A DNA stretch of 41,274 bases. Source: Nemertoderma westbladi (taxonomy: Eukaryota > Animalia > Xenacoelomorpha). Each line of letters opens with the position of its first letter. Position 1 is the first letter of the stretch. Shown here one piece after another: positions 25,113 to 37,200 of this stretch. The position numbers and the translations under genes were made by a program. The stretch covers positions 1-41,274 of the forward strand of contig JAUCBJ010007039.1 in the NCBI GenBank assembly GCA_032718475.1. Direction: 5' to 3'. The notes below the pieces were generated by a model. It was not told the DNA's origin. It saw only the letters and a program-made list of their open reading frames with translations, and did no database searches.

Positions 25113-26736
25113 ATGGCACATTCAGAAATCAGCTATTCAAGCAACGATCTGATTTGCAACGAAAATCAGTTTATGCTACAAGACAACTCGTTTGGTCTAT
25201 ATTTCGATTCGGCGAACAAACTCTTCCCGTTATCAATAAATACAACCTTAAACCAACCCATCCCGATTCTGGCAAACTAAGCGCACTTTATTTTCCGTGC
25301 CTGCTACGAACTTCACGATGGACAATATCAAACCCTCGACGATAATAAACTTCATTCCTCCAACCACGGTTTCAAACTTTTAAAAAGGGACAACAAAATA
25401 ACATTCAATCTAACTACTCCGCCCGAGACGTTTACGATTCCAACTAGTAAAGTCGATTTTATTCGAGAAAACATCAACCAAGATGTGGCAAATCGTTTAC
25501 TGGGTTTAACCACTCTCGTAACCTCCTTCTTCTCCGATGACCGCTTATTCGATTTTCATAGTATCGCAAACTCGATTCTTCTTCTCATCTGGAACTCGTC
25601 GACTCCAACCGATGAAGAGGAGACTCGTTTCTTTAAACTTTTCGACAAGGATGTTCTCGCTTTCGGCGAGAAATTGAATGAGCTCATATGCTTTTTCACC
25701 AATAAAGTCTCCTATTACTTTGGGTTTAATTATAGAGTTGGCACCTATGGAAGTATTAACCCAGTGAAACCACTCGAATTGATAAAGTTGGAAGACACTG
25801 TAAACAGTTCATGGATCACCTTTTCCGTCGCCTGCGCCAATTTATTTCAACAATATGTAAACATCTGTCGCCCTTTTATTAATCCTACTACTCACCTCGT
25901 CCTAAAACTGGGCGATTGGCTTGCTTTTGACTATTGCACTTTTGGGTTTGTTACAAATATTCGGAACGAGCGCAATTTAGCGATCACCAATGGCTACGAG
26001 GTTGACGATGGAAAGGCTATTTTTTCTTCTAGGGGCATGATTCTTCTTACACCAACCGAGGTTGGCGAATTGAAATGGTTCGTTCGATTCAACCATCGAG
26101 GATAGTGAATGTGTCTGCTACGATAAACTTAACGTCTACAAAGACAACATTTCCGAGCGAATATCGATACAAAGTTGTGATTCATGAATAGATTTACAGA
26201 TAACCGAGAGAAAATTTAACGAATCCTTTAATATAGCTAACACGATTCAAGTGCGCGAAGCTCTAATCAGATTCAAGGCTATGGCTATACAATTTGCTTT
26301 CAAACCAAAGCAGATAACGATCCCCAATCACCAGCGTTATCTCATAAATAACAATATTGCAGCCTTTATCTATAAGTTCCAAACCGAAAAATATGTTGGT
26401 ATCTGGCCCATTTTAATGAAAGACGAAGAGAATACCACTTTTCAGTTCACCAACGGTCTCAATATTAGGGGTAGCGATTTTCTCACGATTAATCCAACCA
26501 ACCCACCCAACTCCCACTGCTACCTCAGTCCTTACATCCACATCGAGAACAAACCAGCAGAAATTATATTCACCAATACGAAAAATACCAACACTATTAC
26601 CATATCCAACAACTTTACCATTGCGCGCCTTTTCGAATTACTAAAACGCTCTCTCAGAGAAGGCATCTTTCTCCCACAGCAAACACACCTTAATCTATTT
26701 CACCCCCAAGAAAAGGTTTTCTCAACAAGCTATTAA
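25113..26736 (+). pseudogene. Disrupted intronless gene (~540 codons), possibly with tandem PC4-like domains
   Basis: ATG 25113 is in frame with ORF 25485-26105 apart from one TAA (25278). The frame of ORF 26251-26736 extends back to ~26098 apart from one TGA (26185), implying one frameshift. AATAAA at ~26847. Confidence 0.55.
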
Positions 26737-28212
26737 AGAGAAAATTATCGCAGCCGTTAATAGTATCGAACCCTAAAAGGGTTAAACCAAACGTTATTCT
26801 CGGAGACCAGCAACCCTATTAATATAAACAGTTAACAGTCTTATTTAATAAAACTGTTCTGACTATATCTTTTGTTATTGTTGATGTTCTTATATTATTT
26901 ATTATTAATGTTGTTGGTAAATTATTTATCTGTTGTTGTTATATTATTTATTATTGATGTTGTCGGTAAATTATTTATTCTTGTTTCCCCCCTATTGTTT
27001 AAAAAATAGAGATGTTTAATCGGATATTTTTCATTTTTCTTTATTAGTTAATCTATACATGAGAGCGAGCCATGAAGTAAGTGAGCCTCAGCATACCATT
27101 AATGACCCCTATTGCTCCTTCGTAATCAATTTGAATGTTAATCCCTAAATAAACAACCAATCCCTATGAATTCTTTACAAACCCGATATGCAAGTTGTTT
27201 GTCAGAGTTGAATTTAATTAAAATATATTATTTAGCGATTTTCATGATTAATCCTACCTTCCGCCCGACACCCACCAATAACTCAGTCCTCACTTCCATA
27301 ACGAAACCAAGGCAGCATAAATTATATTCACCAAAATGAAAATATCAACACTATTACTCTATCCAACAAGCGATGCTTTGTATGTATTGGTGGCGAACAA
27401 AGTTTTCGGCGCACCAACCTCTAAGTTGTCAGTATGCTGTTTCTGCCCTATCATAGACACTCTGTCTTTTAGATGTTTCACTGTTAATATTAAGCCGTTA
27501 GCCATGGCGCCGCTGATAAGACGCAAGGATATTCAGCCCTACATTCAAAGGATTTGATTTGATTGTTAGTACTATGGATAGATCAATGAAATCATGAAAG
27601 GGAGGGCCGCATGGGTTGAGAGTGATAGCCCCTCATCCTTCATTTCCCGAGAAATGCTTAAAGGCAACTATGAATAGAACAATGAAACATTAAGGGGAGG
27701 ACCGCGTATGTTGGGAATGATAGCCCTTCAACCTCCTTTTACCGAGATTTGCTTAGGATCAGGGGAGGCAGGCTGTAAAGGAAAATATACTCGCAGCTTT
27801 AATGCCCCATTTGATTAAAGTAGATCAAATTTAGCTTTCACTCAAGGGGGTTATCACCCCATGCGACTGCAAAAATTTAAAATTCCTGAAAATTTTGTGG
27901 ACGAAGATTGCACATGAGTGAAGGTTGTAAGTGGTCGAATGTTGCACCCAACCATCCTGAAATTGTACATACAGTATTTTACTCAGAATAGAATCTGCTT
28001 ATGATGTAGCCACTGTAGGTACCGTTGAGTGTGTTGTGTATTACCAATAAAAGGGATGTTTATCTGCAACTCTCCCCCGCCTTTTTAGGTCCACGTAGCA
28101 CGACCTCTAGTATTCACTCAATTGTTGGTGTTATGGTGTTCTTGTTGTTAATTTCCAGTTGGGTTTTAGTTTTATAAAAGTTTTGTTTAGTTTAGATAAT
28201 TTTAGCTTCATA

Positions 28213-28284
28213 CGTGGCGAAGTTGGTAAAGCGTTGGACTTGTAATCTCTAGGCCTATATATCAAGTTCAATCCCACTCTCCAG
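28213..28284 (+). other. Degenerate tRNA-like (Tyr-GTA-like) / Pol III unit inside element B
   Basis: Box A-like TGGCGAAGTTGG, anticodon-loop-like GGACTTGTAATCT, box B-like AGTTCAATCCC, then a T-run. The acceptor stem does not pair. Confidence 0.45.
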
Positions 28285-28950
28285 TGAATTTTTTTTAGTA
28301 GTAAGATTGATAGATAGTAAGCCATTCAAGGAGACAGTTAATGCGTTAGTAGACTGGTAGACGCGGACCTACGCGATTTCAGTGAGGCATAGACTATGAC
28401 TCACTGAGGCATGCGCCAGTCAGTGGGGTCCAACTGTCACCGAGCCACCCAAGACCCTACTACTGTTGGAATTGGCATGTTATTTTATTTTTGTATTAAT
28501 ATTTAGTACGTTGTAACTTTAGTTTGCTTTCACTGTAGCTGTTAGAGTTATTTTGTTACATTATTCTAGGCACCAGATCTTTTATCCAGTCCATAAGAAT
28601 CATATGATATACTCATTGTTATTTGGTATAAGGTTGGTTGTTGGTGGTGATTAGTTTGTCGTTCAATACTCATTCAAAGCCTTGATTGGCTAATGTTGTA
28701 TTAAATAATAATTATAATAGTAACCTACTACTATTGATTGAATGGATAGGCCCAAACTGCAGAAATTACTTGACAAGTTTTTTACTCTCTCACTCTATCC
28801 CAGACATGTAATCAAATATTAACTGTTAGATTGTAATGTATTATCCCGCCCGCTGAATAGCTCTCCCCAGTGTGCCAACTAATAGTATTATTGATAGTAA
28901 CAATGTGGTGGCAAGCTGTGTTTTTCGAGGTGTTTGTTATTTATTATACA

Positions 28951-29175
28951 TTAATTATAGGAAGGGATCTAGGGGTCTTAACCTCGAAGATATTAATTTC
29001 AAGAAAAATTACGAAATTCCTAAATTTGTACACAACCCGGTTAAAAAGTACGCATGTGATGGGATTAGTCCTACAATTGCGCCAATAAAGATAAGTTATT
29101 TTCGGTAAAATAAATTAAAAATTAAAATTAAAATAAATTCGAGGTTAAGACCCTTAGATCCCTTCCTATAATTAA
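28951..29175. mobile_element. MITE with ~38-bp TIRs, bounded by TTAA
   Basis: TTAATTATAGGAAGGGATCTAGGGGTCTTAACCTCGAA ... TTCGAGGTTAAGACCCTTAGATCCCTTCCTATAATTAA. Superfamily not assigned. Confidence 0.75.
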
Positions 29176-29540
29176 GTACTAGTATATTATTGTAGTATAC
29201 TAGGACTACATAAGTTTGTAATGTATTGTCCCGCCAGCTGAATAGCTCTACCCAGTGTGCCAACTAATAGTATTATTATTGTTGTAGTATAGTAGGCCTA
29301 GACATGATATTGTAGCTCTAGCCAATCAGAAAGCTAGATGCCACAACACGTTTTTTTTTCTTCATGTAAAAAAATCTGCGAAAAAATGAAGACAGGAAAG
29401 AAACTAAAGAGCTTCTTAATAAGTCCTTAACAAATTGGGCCGAAACTTAATTCATTATAATTTGTTATAATTCGTTTTAAACTCAGCGCTCTTTTTAATT
29501 ATTTATTTATTTTAATTAAATTTAAATCAAATTTGTTGTA

Positions 29541-29799
29541 CTAGTATCGGCATGCTGCATTGCAGCTGCATTTTTAAGAATGCTGTGCCGGCTTGTCGAC
29601 AAAATTGCGCCGCCACAACTCCCTATCATCCATGACATTTGCTAGATCATCCGCATCTTCAAGGCCAGTGTCCTTTAAGATGCGTCTCAAGAAAGTCATG
29701 GGCTGTCCACCATGCTTATTCACTCCATGAGGCTGCCAAAGTACAAGATTATGCACTGGCTGGTCCTCACGGCGAAAGCAATGTCCTGCAAAGCGGAGG
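29541..29799 (-). mobile_element. Short 5'-truncated RTE-like LINE copy with TSD
   Basis: Matches the last ~250 bp of the full element. Flanked by AATCAAATTTGTTGTA (29525-29540) and AATTAAATTTGTTGTA (29800-29815). Confidence 0.9.
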
Positions 29800-29814
29800 A
29801 ATTAAATTTGTTGT

Positions 29815-32800
29815 AATGTGTACCGGTACTCTATACTTATTTAATTTTTAATGTGTACCGGTACTCTATACTTATTTAATTTTTAATGTGTACCGGTACT
29901 CTATACTTATTTAATTTTTAATGTGTACCAGTACTCTATACTTATTTAATTTTTAATGTGTACCGGTACTCTATACTTATTTAATTTTTAATGTGTACCG
30001 GTACTCTATACTTATTTAATTTTTAATGTGTACCGGTACTCTATACTTATTTAATTTTTAATGTGTACCAGTACTCTATACTTATTTAATTTTTAATGTG
30101 TACCGGTACTCTATACTTATTTAATTTTTAATGTGTACCGGTACTCTATACTTATTTAATTTTTAATGTGTACCGGTACTCTATACTTATCTGCAATGTG
30201 TACCGGTACTCTATACTTATCTGCAATGTGTACCGGTACTCTATACTTATCTGCAATGTGTACCGGCACTCTATACTTATCTGCAATGTGTACCGGTACT
30301 CTATACTTATTTAATTTTTAATGTGTACCGGTACTCTATACTTATTTAATTTTTAATGTGTACTGGTACTCTATACTTATTTAATTTTTAATGTGTACCG
30401 GTACTTTATACTTATTTAATTTTTAATGTGTACCGGTACTCTATACTTATTTAATTTTTAATGTGTACTGGTACTCTATACTTATTTAATTTTTAATGTG
30501 TACCGGTACTCTATACTTATCTGCAATATATACCGGTACTCTATACTTATTTAATTTTTAATGTGTACCGGTACTCTATACTTATTTAATTTTTAATGTG
30601 TACCGGTACTCTATACTTATTTGATTTTTTGTGTACCGGTACTCTATACTTATTTAATTTGTAATGTGTACCGGTACTCTATACTTATCTGCAATGTGTA
30701 CCAGTACTCAATACTTATCTGCAATGTGTACCGGTACTCTATACTTATCTGCAATGTGTACCGGTACTCTATACTTATTTAATTTTTAATGTGTACCGGT
30801 ACTCTATACTTATTTAATTTTTAATGTGTACCGGTACTCTATACTTATTTAATTTTTAATGTGTACCGGTACTCTATACTTATTTAATTTTTAATGTGTA
30901 CCAGTACTCAATACTTATCTGCAATGTGTACCGGTACTCAATACTTATCTGCAATGTGTACCGGTACTCTATACTTATCTGCAATATATACCGGTACTCT
31001 ATACTTATTTAATTTTTAATGTGTACCGGTACTCTATACTTATTTAATTTTTAATGTGTACCAGTACTCTATACTTATTTAATTTTTAATGTGTACCGGT
31101 ACTCTATACTTATTTAATTTTTAATGTGTACCGGTACTCTATACTTATCTGCAATGTGTACCGGTACTCTATACTTATTTAATTTTTAATGTGTACCGGT
31201 ACTCTATACTTATTTAATTTTTAATGTGTACCGGTACTCTATACTTATTTAATTTTTAATGTGTACCGGTACTCTATACTTATTTAATTTTTAATGTGTA
31301 CCGGTACTCTATACTTATTTAATTTTTAATGTGTACCGGTACTCTATACTTATTTAATTTTTAATGTGTACCGGTACTCTATACTTATTTAATTTTTAAT
31401 GTGTACCGGTACTCTATACTTATCTGCAATGTGTACCGGTACTCTATACTTATCTGCAATGTGTACCGGCACTCTATACTTATCTGCAATGTGTACCGGT
31501 ACTCTATACTTATTTAATTTTTAATGTGTACCGGTACTCTATACTTATTTAATTTTTAATGTGTACCGGTACTCTATACTTATTTAATTTTTAATGTGTA
31601 CCGGTACTCTATACTTATTTAATTTTTAATGTGTACCGGTACTCTATACTTATTTAATTTTTAATGTGTACCGGTACTCTATACTTATTTAATTTTTAAT
31701 GTGTACCGGTACTCTATACTTATCTGCAATGTGTACCGGTACTCTATACTTATCTGCAATGTGTACCGGCACTCTATACTTATCTGCAATGTATACCGGT
31801 ACTCTATACTTATTTAATTTTTAATGTGTACCGGTACTCTATACTTATTTAATTTTTAATGTGTACCGGTACTCTATACTTATTTAATTTTTAATGTGTA
31901 CCGGTACTCTATACTTATTTAATTTTTAATGTGTACCGGTACTCTATACTTATTTAATTTTTAATGTGTACCGGTACTCTATACTTATCTGCAATGTGTA
32001 CCGGTACTCTATACTTATCTGCAATGTGTACCGGCACTCTATACTTATCTGCAATGTGTACCGGTACTCTATACTTATTTAATTTTTAATGTGTACCGGT
32101 ACTCTATACTTATTTAATTTTTAATGTGTACCGGTACTCTATACTTATTTAATTTTTAATGTGTACCGGTACTCTATACTTATTTAATTTTTAATGTGTA
32201 CCGGTACTCTATACTTATTTAATTTTTAATGTGTACCAGTACTCTATACTTATTTAATTTTTAATGTGTACCGGTACTCTATACTTATTTAATTTTTAAT
32301 GTGTACCGGTACTCTATACTTATCTGCAATGTGTACCGGTACTCTATACTTATTTAATTTTTAATGTGTACCGGTACTCTATACTTATTTAATTTTTAAT
32401 GTGTACCGGTACTCTATACTTATTTAATTTTTAATGTGTACCGGTACTCTATACTTATTTAATTTTTAATGTGTACCGGTACTCTATACTTATTTAATTT
32501 TTAATGTGTACCGGTACTCTATACTTATTTAATTTTTAATGTGTACCGGTACTCTATACTTATTTAATTTTTAATGTGTACCGGTACTCTATACTTATTT
32601 AATTTTTAATGTGTACCGGTACTCTATACTTATCTGCAATGTGTACCGGTACTCTATACTTATCTGCAATGTGTACCGGCACTCTATACTTATCTGCAAT
32701 GTGTACCGGTACTCTATACTTATCTGCAATGTGTACCGGTACTCTATACTTATTTAATTTTTAATGTGTACCGGTACTCTATACTTATTTAATTTTTAAT

Positions 32801-34296
32801 GTGTACCGGTACTCTATACTTATTTAATTTTTAATGTGTACCGGTACTCTATACTTATTTAATTTTTAATGTGTACCAGTACTCTATACTTATTTAATTT
32901 TTAATGTGTACCGGTACTCTATACTTATTTAATTTTTAATGTGTACCGGTACTCTATACTTATTTAATTTTTAATGTGTACCGGTACTCTATACTTATTT
33001 AATTTTTAATGTGTACCAGTACTCTATACTTATTTAATTTTTAATGTGTACCGGTACTCTATACTTATTTAATTTTTAATGTGTACCGGTACTCTATACT
33101 TATTTAATTTTTAATGTGTACCGGTACTCTATACTTATCTGCAATGTGTACCGGTACTCTATACTTATCTGCAATGTGTACCGGTACTCTATACTTATCT
33201 GCAATGTGTACCGGCACTCTATACTTATCTGCAATGTGTACCGGTACTCTATACTTATTTAATTTTTAATGTGTACCGGTACTCTATACTTATTTAATTT
33301 TTAATGTGTACTGGTACTCTATACTTATTTAATTTTTAATGTGTACCGGTACTCTATACTTATTTAATTTTTAATGTGTACCGGTACTCTATACTTATTT
33401 AATTTTTAATGTGTACCGGTACTCTATACTTATTTAATTTTTAATGTGTACCGGTACTCTATACTTATCTGCAATATATACCGGTACTCTATACTTATTT
33501 AATTTTTAATGTGTACCGGTACTCTATACTTATTTAATTTTTAATGTGTACCGGTACTCTATACTTATTTAATTTTTAATGTGTACCGGTACTCTATACT
33601 TATTTAATTTTTTGTGTACCGGTACTCTATACTTATTTAATTTGTAATGTGTACCGGTACTCTATACTTATTTAATTTTTAATGTGTACCGGTACTCTAT
33701 ACTTATTTAATTTTTAATGTGTACCGGTACTCTATACTTATCTGCAATGTGTACCGGTACTCTATACTTATTTGATTTTTTGTGTACCGGTACTCTATAC
33801 TTATCTGCAATGTGTACCGGTACTCTATACTTATTTGATTTTTTGTGTACCGGTACTCTATACTTATTTGATTTTTTGTGTACCGGTACTCTATACTTAT
33901 TTGATTTTTTGTGTACCGGTACTCTATACTTATCTGCAATGTGTACCGGTACTCTATACTTATTTGATTTTTTGTGTACCGGTACTCTATACTTATCTGC
34001 AATGTGTACCGGTACTCTATACTTATTTGATTTTTTGTGTACCGGTACTCTATACTTATTTAATTTGTAATGTGTACCGGTACTCTATACTTATTTAATT
34101 TTTAATGTGTACCGGTACTCTATACTTATTTAATTTTTAATGTGTACCGGTACTCTATACTTATCTGCAATATATACCGGTACTCTATACTTATTTAATT
34201 TTTAATGTGTACCGGTACTCTATACTTATTTAATTTTTAATGTGTACCGGTACTCTATACTTATCTGCAATGTGTACCGGTACTCTATACTTATTT
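29815..34296. repeat. Intronic minisatellite of mixed 35/34/30-bp units, left part
   Basis: Core TGTGTACCGGTACTCTATACTTAT followed by TTAATTTTTAA, TTGATTTTT or CTGCAA. Confidence 0.97.
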
Positions 34297-37200
34297 CATC
34301 AGGTCAGGTCAGGTCAGGTCAGGTATTCTAGGTAATTGATCAAGAAAACTTGCCACCTCCATGCAGCATAAAGGAGGTGCCACCTGTAGCTGCATAGACC
34401 CTCTTACTAGGGCAAATCTGGTCCTGTAACTACTGTAGGACCCCCTTCGTTCTGGGATAAGGACGCCCTTGGTCCTGGATTAAGCACCCATATACTTGGC
34501 TGCAGGGGTATATGGCCTGACCAGGCAGATGGTGATCTACCAACGGCTGGTTAGGAGTAGAGTGTTCTCATGTCCACTCTGAGGGCACTTCACTGCGACC
34601 TGCACCTGGCAGCAAGGGTACAGGGCATGACCCAGCAGATGAGCTGCAACAGCCAATGGTGGGTCATGTACGCCAGAGTAGATATGGGTGATGGGCCTCA
34701 TATCTGACTCCATTGCGACACCCACCCTGTGGAATGGCAAACCAGGGTGTGGTATTTGCCCCGAGAGCTGACTCGGCAAAAAAGCACCCCCCAACCCCCA
34801 CTATGGATTACATTAGCAATGCGGAGGTCCGGCCACTAGAGGCCAGTGGAATTACCGGACACAATCGGCCTCACAGGCGTCAGTTAACTCCTGACCGGCT
34901 GCCTGTCTCACCCCCTACTGGAGAGAGAGCAGCCAACAATTCTTTGAGTCCCTTTCCTGATGACCTTTCTGGCCCAAACCCTGGGTCACCAGGGAGGCCA
35001 GATTGTGATGGGGAGAGGGATTCTGGAGTTGGAGGCTACTCTCATGTTCCACCCCGACCAACAAAGCCATTGGTGAATCTGAGGCAAGTCACTAGACTAG
35101 CCTCAGTAAACACCCTAACACTCGGGTCCCCAATGCGACAAGGTGAGCTGACTGCCTTGGCAGATAAGCTTTCTCTTAGTGCAGTGGGTGTTCAAGAGCA
35201 CCGAATGCAGACTGGACAGACTGATGAGGTTCTGATTAAGGACATGGGGGGCGGTTGGCGACTTGCCCTCGCGTCAGCAGATGATAGTGGCAATGGTGGA
35301 ATTGGTCTATTGATGAATCCAACTGCACATGCAGCATTGGACAAAATAGACCAAATCTCTAACCGCATCATCCGTTGCCACTTCTCATGTTCTGGAAGAC
35401 TGGCTAAGAAGTTTCCTAAGGTGGTTCTGATTGTGTGCTACTCTCCAACTAGTGTTGCCCCTGTAGAGGAGGTGGAAAATTTCTACCACAATCTACAAGC
35501 AGCAACTGATGGAGTGGATCAGCATGCATTCTTAACATTCCTGGGAGACTTTAATGCAAGTCTGCATCAATCACCTACATCGCCCTGGGTCTATAGCAAT
35601 AGTGTTAACCGAAATTCTGTCCATCTTCAGGATTTTATCTCTGGAAATGGATTGTTTTCGGCTGGAACCCAGTTCAAGAAGCGAACTGGAAAGCTATGGA
35701 CTCATAGTGGACCCAGTGGTCACAAGTCCCAGATAGACCATATTCTGTTTCGTAGGAAATACAGGAGCTCTATACAAGACTGTAATGCATTTACACTTCG
35801 ACCCTTCTCCAGTGATCACCGCCTTATTGTGGCCAAGGTAAGACTTAGTCTGCGTGCTAGCAGAACAACGAAATCTGCCTTGCCACAGCATGACTGGTCC
35901 TCTCTGTTGCAACAGCCAAGTGTGAGATCCAGCTTCACACTACAGCTGAGCAACAGGTATGAGGCTCTTGCCTCTGAGGCGGCAGATCACTGTGAGGGCT
36001 ATACTGCCTTTACAGAAGCAGTTAAGTTAGCAGCTGCAGAAACAGTTCCTGTATACCCTCGAAACAGGAAAAGGGCCCCCTGGACTGACAACAAAATTCA
36101 GAAGTGCCGAAATGACCTTCATAAGGCGCAGAAAGAGTCCCGACTCAAACAGACTACAGCGGCCAAGAATGCAGTTAAAGCTGCATCTAGGTCCCTGAAC
36201 AGGCAGTACTCTGTTAATCTACAGGAGCTAATAAACCAACAGGTTGATGCCATCAATGATGCTGACGACAGCAGGCAATCATCCCAGGCATGGAAATCGA
36301 TCAATCTGCTTACTGGGCGGAAAAGCCAACCAACCACCAAGGTTAAGGCTGAATCACCAGCCGATCGCCTCAATGGTTGGAAAGCCCACTTTGAAAAGCT
36401 CCTCAATAATGACAGGGTATTGCCTGATAACTTTATAGAAGTAAAAGTGTCTGAGTCTGTACTCCCAGATATTCCCATTGGCGATATCTCCTTTGCAGAA
36501 GTGAAGGCTGCTGCAAAGAGCATTAAGACCAATCGTGCCAGTGGAGTAGATGGTGTTCCCCCTGAGGTCTTTAAAATACCTGAGTGTTTAAAGCTCATCT
36601 ATCCCATCATAGTAGACATGTACCGTACAACAAGAGTCCCACAAGAAATGAAAACAAATAAGTTGGTGCCAGTTCCCAAGAAGGGCAACCTAACACTCTA
36701 TGGTTCTTTTCGGGGAATCTCATTGATCTCGATTGCTGCAAAACTATACAATAGAATTCTATTAAATCGCATCAGGGATCCCATTGAGAGACTGCTACGT
36801 GGAAATCAGAATGGGTTCCGTAAAGGTCGTGGGACCATGGAGCCCATTTTGGCACTTAGAAGGATAATTGAAGAGTTATCAAAAAAGAAAGACAGGCATC
36901 TGGCTGTTATCTTTGTTGACTTCTTCAAGGCCTTTGATTCAGTCTCTCGCTCACGTATGTTCAGCATACTTTCATTATATGGGATTCCTGATGAAATTAT
37001 TGCAGCAATCAGATCAGTATACGATGGTTCGACAACATTTGTGTCTACTGTTGATGGTGACACAGAACCATTTGAAGTGTTATGGGGCGTCCTCCAAGGA
37101 GACACACTTGCACCATTCTTGTTCATTATTGTGGTTGACTATGTTCTACGCACATCCTTAGATCATCATAATGATGATGGGGTGATGATAACTCCACCTA

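Larger units (their letters stand above)
24319..28464. mobile_element. TIR element B with AGTAGTAG termini, carrying a disrupted gene
   Basis: ~52-bp TIR AGTAGTAGGGTCTTGGGCGGCTCGGTGACAGTTGGACCCCACTGACTGGCGC with its reverse complement ending at 28464. The left ~450 bp is homologous to element A. Confidence 0.78.

Noticed and set aside
33703-34098. Repetitive ORFs (QISIEYRYT, CTGTLYL, CVPVLYTYL)
   Set aside because: Chance read-through of satellite units on both strands.
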